Under the pieces are notes generated by a model. The model saw only the letters and a program-made list of their open reading frames with translations. It had not been told where the DNA came from and did no database searches. This document shows positions 44,329 through 54,026 of a stretch of 64,000 nucleotides of DNA, in pieces. Location of the stretch: contig CAXYDV010000012.1 of NCBI GenBank assembly GCA_964276005.1, forward strand, positions 37,878-101,877, in the 5' to 3' direction. The position numbers and the translations under genes are program-made. How positions within the stretch are numbered: position 1 is the stretch's first letter; every line of letters starts with the position of its first letter. Source of the stretch: an uncultured Porticoccaceae bacterium (GTDB taxonomy: Bacteria; Pseudomonadota; Gammaproteobacteria; Pseudomonadales; Porticoccaceae).

Positions 44329-45297
44329 TTACAGACCGGCCAAGCGTTCCTTAATCAGGCTATCGGCTTCAGACATAATACGGTCCATCAATTCCTGTAC
44401 TGTTGGCACATCATTGATCAATCCAGCCACCATGCCGCAAGACCAGGCACCAGCATCCATATCGCCCTCTTTCATAATCTTGGGGTAAACGCCGGCCACT
44501 TCCGGAAGAATATCTTCAATCTTAATATCTGCACCCAGGGCTTTTTCTTTTTCCAGCAGTCGCTCAACCGCAGGGTTATTTAGCACACGTTCAGTATTTC
44601 GCAATGGGCGCATCACTAGGCGAGTATCGAGCTCAGTAGCCGCCAATATCGCCGCTTTTACATTGTCATGCACAGGCGCTTCTTGGGTCGCAATAAAACG
44701 AGTACCCATATTCATACCTTCAGCACCCATGGCCAAAGAGGCAACCAGACTGCGCGCATCCGCCATACCGCCAGAAGATACAAAGGGAATAGTCAGTTCA
44801 TCAGCCGCTCTGGGCAACAGAATAAAGTTAGGAATATCGTCTTCACCGGGGTGTCCACCGCACTCAAAGCCATCTACAGACACAGCATCACAGCCCACTT
44901 TTTGTGCTTTAAGGGCATGGCGTACAGCCGTACATTTGTGAATCACTTTAATACCAGCTTCTTTAAGGGCGGGCATATAGGGAGCAGGGTTATTACCCGC
45001 AGTTTCAACAACCTTAACGCCGCCATCAATCACTGCCTGAATCAGGCCGGGATAATCTGGAGGAGTCATGGAGGGGAGAAAAGTGATATTCACGCCAAAG
45101 GGCTTATCGGTCATAGTTTTGCAACGCGCAATTTCCGCTGCTAACTTTTCTGGAGTACCCTGAGTCAGGCCCGTAATAATGCCAAGGCCGCCGGCATTAG
45201 AAACCGCTGCCGCCATCTCGGCCAAACCCACATGGTGCATACCACCTTGAATAATCGGATGCTCAATACCCAATAGCTCTGTGATGCGTGTCTTCAT
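44329..45297 (-). CDS. FMN-dependent NADH:quinone reductase-like protein (PA1024/NMO family)
   Basis: HPIIQGGM, IHKCTAVRHALKA, DGFECGGHPGEDDIP, NMGTRF closely follow P. aeruginosa PA1024 as I recall it. Confidence 0.85.
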   Translation of the reverse strand: MKTRITELLGIEHPIIQGGMHHVGLAEMAAAVSNAGGLGIITGLTQGTPEKLAAEIARCKTMTDKPFGVNITFLPSMTPPDYPGLIQAVIDGGVKVVETAGNNPAPYMPALKEAGIKVIHKCTAVRHALKAQKVGCDAVSVDGFECGGHPGEDDIPNFILLPRAADELTIPFVSSGGMADARSLVASLAMGAEGMNMGTRFIATQEAPVHDNVKAAILAATELDTRLVMRPLRNTERVLNNPAVERLLEKEKALGADIKIEDILPEVAGVYPKIMKEGDMDAGAWSCGMVAGLINDVPTVQELMDRIMSEADSLIKERLAGL

Positions 45298-45338
45298 CTT
45301 CTCTCTCCTATGCTAGTTATCAATTAGTTCATAATTAT

Positions 45339-47411
45339 TTATTTAAAACGTTTGCCCTGCTCTGCCAGTGACACCAACAGTGGGCTCGGCGCCCAGAAAT
45401 CGTCACCTGTTGATTTATGGTAGTGACGGATTTTAGCCAGCACCTTATCCAGGCCCATGGTATTGGCGTAGTGCATTGGGCCACCGCGATAGACAGGCCA
45501 GCCATAACCGTAAACATAGGTCACATCGATATCACTGGCGCGCAAGGCGATACCTTCTTCCAGAATCTTGGCACCTTCATTGATCATAGGCAGCAAGCAG
45601 CGATCGAGAATCTCTTCATCAGAAATCTGGCTGCGCTCAATACCTTGCGTGGCAGCCACCTCGGCAAATAACTCCGCGGTAACAGCCGCAGGAGTCGGCA
45701 TGCGTTTTTCATCATAATCATAGTAGCCAGCGCCGGTCTTTTGACCATAGCGACCCAGATCACAGAGACGGTCTTTAACGTCCATCGGGTTGGAGTTATC
45801 CTTGTCCCAACCCAGATCCAGACCTGCCAAGTCGCCCATTTGGAATGCACCCATAGGGAAACCAAAATCAAATAGCACCTTGTCCACCTGCTGAATGGGA
45901 GCACCTTCAAGGGCCAGTTTTGAGGCTTCAATCTGGCGCATAAACAGAATACGGTTGCCCACAAAGCCCGGGCAAACACCAACCAGCACAGCCACTTTGC
46001 GAATCCGTTTGGCCAGTGCCATACCGGTTTTAATCACCGCATCAGAAGTCTTATCACCGCGCACTACCTCAAGTAGCTTCATAACATTGGCCGGTGAAAA
46101 GAAGTGCAATCCAATCACTGATTCCGGACGGCTGGTCACAGAGGCAATTTCATTGAGATCCAGTGCCGAGGTATTAGAGGCCAAAATAGCTCCGGCCTTG
46201 GCAATGCTATCAAGGCGAGTAAAGATATCTTTCTTCACCGCCATATTTTCAAATACTGCTTCGATAATCAGATCACAGTCAGCTAGATCAGCCATTTCTA
46301 ACGAGCCCTGAATTAAGCCGCAGCGCTGTTCAACCCCCTCTTCGGTCAGGCGACCTTTACGTGCGGTGTTTTCATAATTCTTGCGAATAGTACCCAGACC
46401 ACGATCTAGGGCTGCCTGATTAGTTTCAACAATAGTGACAGGGATGCCAACATTGGCGAAGTTCATGGAAATACCGCCGCCCATCAAGCCTCCACCAATC
46501 ACGCCTACCTTTGTAATGGGTAGCTCTGCAACATCTTTATCAATACCGGGAATCTTCCCCGCCTGACGCTCGGAGAAAAAGAAGTATTGCTGGGCCTGAG
46601 ACTGAGCACCAGTGACCAACTCAGCAAACAGCTTGCCCTCAGTTTTTAAACCTTCATCAAAGGGCTGATTAACGGCCGCTTCAATACAGCGAATATTGTA
46701 TTCCGGAGCCAAAAAACCACGTGTCTTGCGCGCCAGCATCTTGCGGGTAGCAGCAAAGATTTCTGGGTTATCTTTGGCGCTCTGAAGCTTTTCATCATTG
46801 TCGCGCACTCTTGGGTGAGGGCCCGCTTCAGCACCCTTTTCAATGGCGAGGGCCAGTCCGGCAGCACGCAAATCGACATCCACCATCTGGTCAATAAGGC
46901 CCAGCTCAAGAGCTTCGGCGGCACCAATGGGCACACCAGAAGTCACCATAGCCAAGGTCTTTTCAACACCCACAACGCGCGGCAGACGCTGAGTACCGCC
47001 GGCACCGGGCAGCAAGCCCAGGTTCACTTCTGGCAGACCAAATTTGGCGCTGGCCACAGCCACGCGGTAGTTACAGCACAGCGCAGTTTCCAAACCACCG
47101 CCCAAGGCAGTGCCATGAATCGCAGCAACAATCGGCTTGGGAGAATTATCCATAGTTGAGAGCACGGCATGAAAGTTGGGCTCCATCGGCCCAGAGGCAA
47201 ACTCAGAGATATCGGCACCAGCGATAAAGGTACGGCCTTCACAGAAGATTAAAATTGCCTGCGCAGAATCATCGGCTAAGGCTTTTTCAACGCCCTCTTT
47301 AAGACCCTGACGAACCCCCTGACTCAGTGCATTAACTGGCGGATTATTTAGGGTTAATACAGCGACCCCCTCCTCGACGTTGTAATCAACCATAGATGTT
47401 AGCGCGACCAT
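45339..47411 (-). CDS. Bifunctional enoyl-CoA hydratase / 3-hydroxyacyl-CoA dehydrogenase
   Basis: NPPVNAL, FIAGADI, GGGLE, PEVNLGLLPGAGGTQRL, GGGLMGGG, IIEAVFE, HFFSPAN. ATG 47411 has a GAGGG RBS. Confidence 0.94.
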   Translation of the reverse strand: MVALTSMVDYNVEEGVAVLTLNNPPVNALSQGVRQGLKEGVEKALADDSAQAILIFCEGRTFIAGADISEFASGPMEPNFHAVLSTMDNSPKPIVAAIHGTALGGGLETALCCNYRVAVASAKFGLPEVNLGLLPGAGGTQRLPRVVGVEKTLAMVTSGVPIGAAEALELGLIDQMVDVDLRAAGLALAIEKGAEAGPHPRVRDNDEKLQSAKDNPEIFAATRKMLARKTRGFLAPEYNIRCIEAAVNQPFDEGLKTEGKLFAELVTGAQSQAQQYFFFSERQAGKIPGIDKDVAELPITKVGVIGGGLMGGGISMNFANVGIPVTIVETNQAALDRGLGTIRKNYENTARKGRLTEEGVEQRCGLIQGSLEMADLADCDLIIEAVFENMAVKKDIFTRLDSIAKAGAILASNTSALDLNEIASVTSRPESVIGLHFFSPANVMKLLEVVRGDKTSDAVIKTGMALAKRIRKVAVLVGVCPGFVGNRILFMRQIEASKLALEGAPIQQVDKVLFDFGFPMGAFQMGDLAGLDLGWDKDNSNPMDVKDRLCDLGRYGQKTGAGYYDYDEKRMPTPAAVTAELFAEVAATQGIERSQISDEEILDRCLLPMINEGAKILEEGIALRASDIDVTYVYGYGWPVYRGGPMHYANTMGLDKVLAKIRHYHKSTGDDFWAPSPLLVSLAEQGKRFK

Positions 47412-47618
47412 AACTTTCCCTCTTAATGATAATATTTTTAGTAGCGAACATATTGGCATTGAGTATGCCAAATATACTGATAGAATCAACTTAAAACGTA
47501 AGTCGATCAATAGAAAAATATAGTAACCCAGAGATCTAAGCAATACTTCCCCAGATAGTGACTATGGGGTTACGTAATAAAGATTGCGCTAAAGCGAAGA
47601 ACCAAGAGGGCATCAAAA

Positions 47619-48269
47619 ATGACAACAAGAGCAAAGATCTGGCTATCCAGCCTAATTATCTACAGCGCCTTTGTGTTTTGGTACACAGACTTTTCCGGGC
47701 CACTAAGCGATGCAGAAGTGGATCAGTTTGTTGCTACACTTAAACAACGCAATAGCGACCCAAAGACCACCGTCTATATCGAAAACTTTTTACGCAATGA
47801 CAGGGGCCGACAGTTTTTAATGCTCAATAATCTGGATATGGCCGACAACCCACCAGATGTTGAGGGCGCAAACCCCGGCGAATCCGCAGACCAGTTAATG
47901 AATCGCTATATGGAGCATATGTATCCAGAACTGTTAAAGCGCGCCAGCCATCCAGTGGTCTTTGGTCAGGCTGCCTACAGCGCACTGGATATGGTGGGCA
48001 TTGAGAATACCACAGAGATGCAAGAATGGACTGACGGCGCACTGTTTCGCTATCGCAGCCGTCGTACCTTTATGGAAATTGTGGCCAATCCCAATATCAA
48101 AGGTCGCCATGAATTTAAACTGGCCGCGCTGGATAAGACCATTGCCTACCCGATAGAAACCAGCATTTATTTAGGGGATATGCGCCTGCTATTGGGGTTA
48201 ATACTATTATCTCTAACTGCCCTGCTGGATAACATTAGGTTCGCTCGCAGGGCGAAGAGCCAGCCCTGA
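47619..48269 (+). CDS. Hypothetical protein with N- and C-terminal hydrophobic helices
   Basis: 216-aa ORF with GAGGG RBS; TM-like segments IWLSSLIIYSAFVFWY and LLLGLILLSLTALL. Family not recognised. Confidence 0.75.
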   Translation: MTTRAKIWLSSLIIYSAFVFWYTDFSGPLSDAEVDQFVATLKQRNSDPKTTVYIENFLRNDRGRQFLMLNNLDMADNPPDVEGANPGESADQLMNRYMEHMYPELLKRASHPVVFGQAAYSALDMVGIENTTEMQEWTDGALFRYRSRRTFMEIVANPNIKGRHEFKLAALDKTIAYPIETSIYLGDMRLLLGLILLSLTALLDNIRFARRAKSQP

Positions 48270-48339
48270 GTGGCACCTAAATAAAGAGCCCTTAGCGGCA
48301 CCTAAATAAAGAGCCCTGAGCGGCCCCTGCATAAAGAGC
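48262..48339. repeat. Three 25-bp tandem repeats between convergent genes
   Basis: agccctgagtggcacctaaataaag / agcccttagcggcacctaaataaag / agccctgagcggcccctgcataaag; no spacers. Confidence 0.9.
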
Positions 48340-49461
48340 TCAAATCCAGACCTCCAGATTATCTCGCTGCTCCAAGCGGCGCTCGAGCTTGATCTCTAGT
48401 AGCCCTTGAAGACCACAGGAATCAAGCATGGCATCAATATCCCTGCGCTCCTTCTCAGCGCGAGCCTGATAGGCGTCCTGCACTATCTGCAGCTGGAAGA
48501 ATCTATAGGGTTGAGCGCCAGTCTGGAACTGTTGCCCACGCACGACGAAACTGGCCTTACACTCACTCTGCCCCAGATAACGGGAAGCGCGATCGCCGCT
48601 GGCCACAGAATTAGCTCCAAGCCAGAGATTAATTGACTCGGCGGCAGCTCTGGTCTCCGGCAATAGATCTTCCGCAATAATACTCAGCACAGCCAGCAAT
48701 GTTTCCGGTATCTCATCATCCGCCAGATAATCGGCCCCGGCAGCATAGTGCTCCGACGCATCCTGGTAAGGGCGATTCATCCGCTCCACCCAACGATAAA
48801 CATGCACCGCCTGCTGTTGCATCATTTGCAATGGTTTTGGGTCACGGCCCAAATGCGCAAACAGCGGCGCCAGCAAACCAAAATCACCAATGCAGGGCCG
48901 CCAACCCAGCAGATAGGGGTACAGCTCAAAATGTTTATCCAGCGCCAATAAAAAATCTAGATACAGAGCCTCTACCAACGCCTGACTCTCGTCATTGACA
49001 CCAAATATCATGGCCGCGTAACGCATCTTATCCATCATATATTGGGTCTTGGCTTCCCGCTCCGGATGCTCCCGCTGAGAGTGATAAAAGTGGTAGTACA
49101 AAAATGACAGATTTTCTTCCGGAAAATTCCAACGGTAATGCATAGCTGGGCGCAGTAAACCCTCGGCACCAGTCAGATCAAACAACCCGCTAACAATTTG
49201 CTGTCTCGGCGTCTTGGGCCGACAGGGTCGTCCATTGGCCGCTTCGAAATACTCAATAATCGCCGCGCCATCACGAATCACCTGCCCCTCTGCCGTTCGC
49301 AGCGTCGGGATAGTGGCTAATTTGGCCTCGGGCAAAATCTCCGCTTTAAAGCTCTCATGGCCACAGGAAAATTCCTGAAAAGGAATGCCATTTTTAATAA
49401 GATAGGAACGGGCTCGCCCGGAATACAAAGAATGAGGTATGGCATAGAGAGAGTGAGTCAT
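48340..49461 (-). CDS. Long glutathione S-transferase-like protein
   Basis: N-terminal PHSLYSGRARSYL, IPTL...DGAAII, C-terminal YLLGWRPCIGDFGLLAPL. Confidence 0.8.
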   Translation of the reverse strand: MTHSLYAIPHSLYSGRARSYLIKNGIPFQEFSCGHESFKAEILPEAKLATIPTLRTAEGQVIRDGAAIIEYFEAANGRPCRPKTPRQQIVSGLFDLTGAEGLLRPAMHYRWNFPEENLSFLYYHFYHSQREHPEREAKTQYMMDKMRYAAMIFGVNDESQALVEALYLDFLLALDKHFELYPYLLGWRPCIGDFGLLAPLFAHLGRDPKPLQMMQQQAVHVYRWVERMNRPYQDASEHYAAGADYLADDEIPETLLAVLSIIAEDLLPETRAAAESINLWLGANSVASGDRASRYLGQSECKASFVVRGQQFQTGAQPYRFFQLQIVQDAYQARAEKERRDIDAMLDSCGLQGLLEIKLERRLEQRDNLEVWI

Positions 49462-49477
49462 TAATTAGCTCTTTTGG

Positions 49478-51256
49478 TCAGCGCTTTGATTTGTACACTA
49501 CCCAAAAAGGCAGTATCAGCAAAAATAGTAGAATAAAAATCAGGATATTGTCCCGATAGACATGGTGCAGTCCATTGAAAATAGCCTGGATCTCAAGCCT
49601 GTAACCATCAGGTATGGGCAGTACATTATTGTCTGCCACATACTGCTGATAGCGTCCTAGCATCCGCTGTAATTGCGCGGGATTCTCAGCGCTAAGATCA
49701 TTGGTCTCACCCGGATCGGTTTGAATATTAAATAGATGCCATTGGCTATCGCCCTGGGTACCACGATTAAACACAATCTTATAGTCGCCCATAAATAGCG
49801 CACCATGGCCCGCCAGTTCAAAGCCCACAGCATCCTCTGGATTATAAACAGCCTCTGCACTGCCCTCAACTAATGGCATTAGGCTGCGGCCAATCATTCG
49901 CTCTATCTTGCGTCCCCCATACCATCCTCCATTGCGTGCCTCGGGATGCTCTGCGTCTGCAAACGCCAAAATAGTGGGCGTAATATCCGTCACATAGGCA
50001 GAGGCATTACTCAATTGATTTTTGATGGCCACTGGCCCGCCAGCAATAATCATGGGCACCCTGAGGCCACCTTCGCCAACATAAAATTTGTAATAGGCTA
50101 AGGGCGATGCCGCCGCACTGCTAAAGCCCGGATTAATTGCATTAAAACTACCCTTTAACCCCAGTGTTTCGTAATCGACGCTGTAGCCCTGACTAGCCAT
50201 TGCCCGACGATTTCTCCAGGAATTTTGATCCGGCTCGCCCATGGCCTCGGCGCCATTGTCCGAGGAGAAAATAAACACCGTATTATCATATTGGTCAATG
50301 GCTTTTAGATGCTCAACCAGCCTGCCAATATGATGATCCATGGCCTCAACCATGGCGCCATAAACAGCCATACGTTTGGCTTCATAGGCTTGCCGCTCGG
50401 GACTTAAAGCCTCCCAGTCAGCGGTGCTGGCCATCTGCACCATCGGCGTATCGGCGGGTACAACACCCAACTCAATGGCGCGGGCCTGACGCTGCTCTCG
50501 CAGTGCTGTCCAGCCGTCGCTATAAACACCCTCGTAGCGGTCAATAAACTCTTGGGGTGCCTGCACCGGAATATGCACAGCTTGAAAAGGCACATAGGCA
50601 AAAAACGGCTGGCTATCAGTCTTGTTGCTATTGATAAATTCAATGGTTTTATCAATCAGAAAGCGCGACGAATAAAAGTCATCCGGCAGCTGATACTCTT
50701 CTCCATCCGCATACCAGTTGGCTTTTTTATAGATGGGAATATAGGGCTTTTGCTCCCAGTTATCGGCACCGGAATCTGCCAGCGTCACTGTGCGCTCAAA
50801 GCCCCGACTGCTGGGCAGTTTTTCCGGGGTCTGCCCCAGGTGCCATTTGCCCGATAGGTAGGTGTGATAACCAGCGTCCTGCAACAGCGTTGCCACAGTC
50901 ACCACATTATGGCCCAGGATACCGGAGTAATGGCTTTGCGCTGCCTGTTCTGGAGGAATCATTTCGGGGATATTGGGCACCCCAGTTCTATGGCTATCCA
51001 CCCCCGTTAGCAGCATCGCGCGAGACGGCGCACAGTTGGCGCCAGTATGGTAGTTAGTAAAGCTTATGCCCTGCTCTGCCAGTGCGCTTATGTTCGGGGT
51101 TTGAATCTCGCTACCATAGGAAGCAAGATCGCTAAACCCCAGATCATCGGCCAAAATCAGCACAATATTCGGGCTCTGCTGAGCATTCAACAAAGACGAC
51201 TGGCCCAATGTCAGCAGTAGAGAAAATGCTAAAACCCAATTTTTCCTTTGGCGCAC
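49478..51256 (-). CDS. Formylglycine-dependent arylsulfatase (Cys-type S1), exported and C-terminally anchored
   Basis: Signal peptide, PNIVLILADDLG, CAPSRAMLLTG, YLSGKWHLG, FSSDNG, C-terminal TM ILIFILLFLLILPFWVV then KSKR; GTG start. Confidence 0.93.
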   Translation of the reverse strand: MRQRKNWVLAFSLLLTLGQSSLLNAQQSPNIVLILADDLGFSDLASYGSEIQTPNISALAEQGISFTNYHTGANCAPSRAMLLTGVDSHRTGVPNIPEMIPPEQAAQSHYSGILGHNVVTVATLLQDAGYHTYLSGKWHLGQTPEKLPSSRGFERTVTLADSGADNWEQKPYIPIYKKANWYADGEEYQLPDDFYSSRFLIDKTIEFINSNKTDSQPFFAYVPFQAVHIPVQAPQEFIDRYEGVYSDGWTALREQRQARAIELGVVPADTPMVQMASTADWEALSPERQAYEAKRMAVYGAMVEAMDHHIGRLVEHLKAIDQYDNTVFIFSSDNGAEAMGEPDQNSWRNRRAMASQGYSVDYETLGLKGSFNAINPGFSSAAASPLAYYKFYVGEGGLRVPMIIAGGPVAIKNQLSNASAYVTDITPTILAFADAEHPEARNGGWYGGRKIERMIGRSLMPLVEGSAEAVYNPEDAVGFELAGHGALFMGDYKIVFNRGTQGDSQWHLFNIQTDPGETNDLSAENPAQLQRMLGRYQQYVADNNVLPIPDGYRLEIQAIFNGLHHVYRDNILIFILLFLLILPFWVVYKSKR

Positions 51257-51258
51257 AA

Positions 51259-51636
51259 TTAATCCTCGTCAGCTAACCGAATCGAACCCAGATAGAGAAT
51301 AACGCAGGCAATAATTTCCACGAAAATCATATCCACCGCCAGACTGGCGCCATGAAACATCCATGCCATGGTGCGCATAATGGCAGTCAGGCCGAGCAGA
51401 ATAATCGGCGGGTAGTACCAGGTGCGGCGACCGCTGGTCAGGGCCAACAAGATAAAGATAGCCAGGGATAAAAAGAACGCACCCAGATCACCAATCTGTG
51501 AGCTCAGGCCCAAGCCCTGCATCAATGTCATACCAAACTCTGCTGCAACGCCTTCCGGCGCTACCAGCCAACGCAGGCCAATTGATGCAAATACCAAGGC
51601 CAATAAGGCAACCACAATTTTTAAAGCTTTATTCAT
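51259..51636 (-). CDS. Small four-TM membrane protein (DUF4345-like)
   Basis: GLRWLVAP...GLGLSSQIGDLGAFF, R-T-M-A helix pattern; mostly hydrophobic. Confidence 0.6.
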   Translation of the reverse strand: MNKALKIVVALLALVFASIGLRWLVAPEGVAAEFGMTLMQGLGLSSQIGDLGAFFLSLAIFILLALTSGRRTWYYPPIILLGLTAIMRTMAWMFHGASLAVDMIFVEIIACVILYLGSIRLADED

Positions 51637-51673
51637 TATTATTCTCCAATATCAAGGTGATGGGGGTCAGGGT

Positions 51674-51964
51674 TTAAAGTAAATCCAATACTTCAATAAC
51701 AGGGGCTCCCGCCACTAAACCGGACATCGCTTTGTTGGCCTCGCGGAAATAGTCAGTCTTGCCATGGGCATCAATATCCGCGGCGCTGCGATACTGTTCC
51801 ATAACAATATATTCTTGCGGGTTAGACTTGCTGCGATTTAAGGCATACAGCAGAGCCCCCTCTTCATTGGCCAATACCTTTTCCACCAGACCCAAAAATA
51901 TTGTTTCAAATTCTTCGTTTTTACCGTCTTGAACAGTAATTCTTGCCAGTACTCCCAGTGCCAT
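51674..51964 (-). CDS. Antibiotic-biosynthesis-monooxygenase (ABM) family protein
   Basis: 96 aa, EEGALLYALNR...YIVMEQY...AHGKTDYF. Confidence 0.85.
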   Translation of the reverse strand: MALGVLARITVQDGKNEEFETIFLGLVEKVLANEEGALLYALNRSKSNPQEYIVMEQYRSAADIDAHGKTDYFREANKAMSGLVAGAPVIEVLDLL

Positions 51965-52011
51965 AATGGCCTCCTAGTGTTTTAGTTTTTTTGGTCTACT
52001 ATGGCTAAGAC

Positions 52012-53409
52012 CTAGCCTTTATCCAGTGATAATTGATGCTCGATTTCTCGCGCCACTAGCCATAATCGATCCTGTCCCCAGAGGGCCAATACCGTCTCGC
52101 CCTGTGGGTTTAGCAATCGAAAACTGGGCACTCCCCAGAGTCCAGCCTGATACATCGCCAAGCGGTTGCTCTCCAGCAGTGCCTGCCAACCAGCCTGACC
52201 CACCAGTGTTTTAGCTACTGACCAATCCAGTCCGGCATTTTCAACCACCTGCTTGAGGCCACGGGCATTATTAGTATTAATACCCTCGGCAAATGCCGCA
52301 CTCAAAAAGCTGGAAATCAACTGATTGCCGCGACCCTGTTCACAGGCCCAGGGGTAAAGGGAATAACAGTTGCGTGCTGGTTCACCAATGGGATCGCGAA
52401 AACGACCAAAGGGCACCCCGATACTGCGTGCCTCCCGCGCGGCATCGGTAAAGATATACATGCCTTTTTCTCTGGTGGCGGGTACACCGCGCATCACCAT
52501 GGGCAATACAGGCCGCACCACTAGATTAACGCCAGTTGTCTCTGCCAGCTTAAGGGTTTGATCAAAGACCACAGCGGTATAGGGGCTGCGCAACGAAGGG
52601 TATATTTCTAAGGTGAGACTGCCATTGTCTTTGCGATTGCCAGCCTCAACCTCAATGCGCGGCATCAATAATGGCGCATCTGGGCTAGGGTCAGCGCCCA
52701 AATCGGCTAAACGGGCCTCCAGATAATGCAAGCGATCCACACCCCAGTACCATTCCCCTGCGTAATAGAACATCGCACCTGAGTAGTGCTTTAACTCAGC
52801 TCGCCGCCCATTGCCAAGGGCAAGACAGTCCTCTCGCTGTTGGACGGATGCACAGCCATGCAGCTCTGCCAGCGTGTTTAGGGTGGCCTTATCACCGGAC
52901 CAGAGCGCGGCGCCAACGGCTGTCGCCAGCACAGCAAAATCTGTGCTTGCCTGCTCCTGCAGCTTAGGCGCAGCTAAAATCGATTCAGCAAGCTCGATGG
53001 CCTCTGGATCGGGCAGTACATTGGCGCCGGGCGCCTCAAGACCGTAATGGGGAGCGATAAACGACGCATCGTATTGGGAGAGTTTAATAAGCAGTTCAGG
53101 CTCAACACTGTTATCGCCAGACGGCCCGGCAACCAGATGGCACCGCAGCTCAATATCATAACGCTCAGTCAGCGCACCAAGCGCCTGAGCCGCCAAGTGG
53201 CTATAGCCATCTTCCACCTGATGAAAGTACTCCACCACATGGGGGGCACCAGTGGCCTGACGATGCTTTTCCATTTTTTGACGTTTGGCCATCAGCCGCT
53301 CGGGGCTGATTACTTTGCTCATCACACGGGAAGATATCCAGCGAAAAGCGGCGCTGGGGTCCATAGTAGCGGCACCACCCTGCTCCTTAAATTGCTCAGC
53401 CATAGCCAA
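52012..53409 (-). CDS. Tandem two-domain DsbA / kappa-GST (HCCA isomerase-like) protein
   Basis: Two repeats of the NahD-like pattern: YFHQVEDGYSHL...YWGVDRL and IYPSLRSPYT...LWGVPSF...LWGQDRL. Start may be 53403. Confidence 0.82.
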   Translation of the reverse strand: MAMAEQFKEQGGAATMDPSAAFRWISSRVMSKVISPERLMAKRQKMEKHRQATGAPHVVEYFHQVEDGYSHLAAQALGALTERYDIELRCHLVAGPSGDNSVEPELLIKLSQYDASFIAPHYGLEAPGANVLPDPEAIELAESILAAPKLQEQASTDFAVLATAVGAALWSGDKATLNTLAELHGCASVQQREDCLALGNGRRAELKHYSGAMFYYAGEWYWGVDRLHYLEARLADLGADPSPDAPLLMPRIEVEAGNRKDNGSLTLEIYPSLRSPYTAVVFDQTLKLAETTGVNLVVRPVLPMVMRGVPATREKGMYIFTDAAREARSIGVPFGRFRDPIGEPARNCYSLYPWACEQGRGNQLISSFLSAAFAEGINTNNARGLKQVVENAGLDWSVAKTLVGQAGWQALLESNRLAMYQAGLWGVPSFRLLNPQGETVLALWGQDRLWLVAREIEHQLSLDKG

Positions 53410-53508
53410 CCCCCGTGTTGATTTTTATTGTTGTTTAAACACTAAGCAAGGTATCAGCTTATGGTTAGAAAATAAACTGGCATATATAGTGTTAATTATT
53501 TAAGCTGG

Positions 53509-53533
53509 TGATATTGACTATAGCGACGTATCA
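53509..53533. promoter_or_regulatory. Candidate operator TGATA-N15-TATCA
   Basis: Dyad in a divergent intergenic region; same geometry as the site at 55134. Confidence 0.4.
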
Positions 53534-53547
53534 AAAAGGCATTGACA

Positions 53548-54021
53548 ATGACATTAATCGAAAAAGTATTTCCCAAGCAGGCCAACAATAATTACCAGGG
53601 CAGTGTCATTGCCCAGTATGGATTTTATCTGCTGATGGCTATATACACCTTTCGCGGATTTATGCATTTTCTGGCGGACGATGGCGGTATCAACAGCATT
53701 GCCTCGATTATTATCTTCCCCTTTATGGAAGGCGCCCCCGATCCCAATAATGTGATCTATCTATTCGCCTCGCTATGGGGCTCTGCTCAGCTAGTGACGC
53801 TATTTATTTTTTATATCTGTATATGGCGCTACCGCAATTTGCTCCCACTGCTGTGGCTCACGGTGGTGATTGAAGTGCCCATGCGCATGATCTCTGGCAC
53901 CTTACACCCACTGGATAGCACCTTTTACGAACATGTGCCACCAGGGGCTACAGGTAGCCTGCCTCTGTTAGCTGTGGCCATTATTATGCTGGTGCTGTCC
54001 GTCAGGCATAAATCTCAGTGA
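53548..54021 (+). CDS. Hypothetical membrane protein (about 4 TM)
   Basis: Hydrophobic ORF with a DGGINSIASII loop; ATG 53548 (track starts at TTG 53542). Confidence 0.7.
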   Translation: MTLIEKVFPKQANNNYQGSVIAQYGFYLLMAIYTFRGFMHFLADDGGINSIASIIIFPFMEGAPDPNNVIYLFASLWGSAQLVTLFIFYICIWRYRNLLPLLWLTVVIEVPMRMISGTLHPLDSTFYEHVPPGATGSLPLLAVAIIMLVLSVRHKSQ

Positions 54022-54026
54022 AGAGT

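Noticed and set aside
48262-48339. Possible CRISPR array
   Set aside because: The units are directly adjacent with no unique spacers, and no cas genes are in the window.
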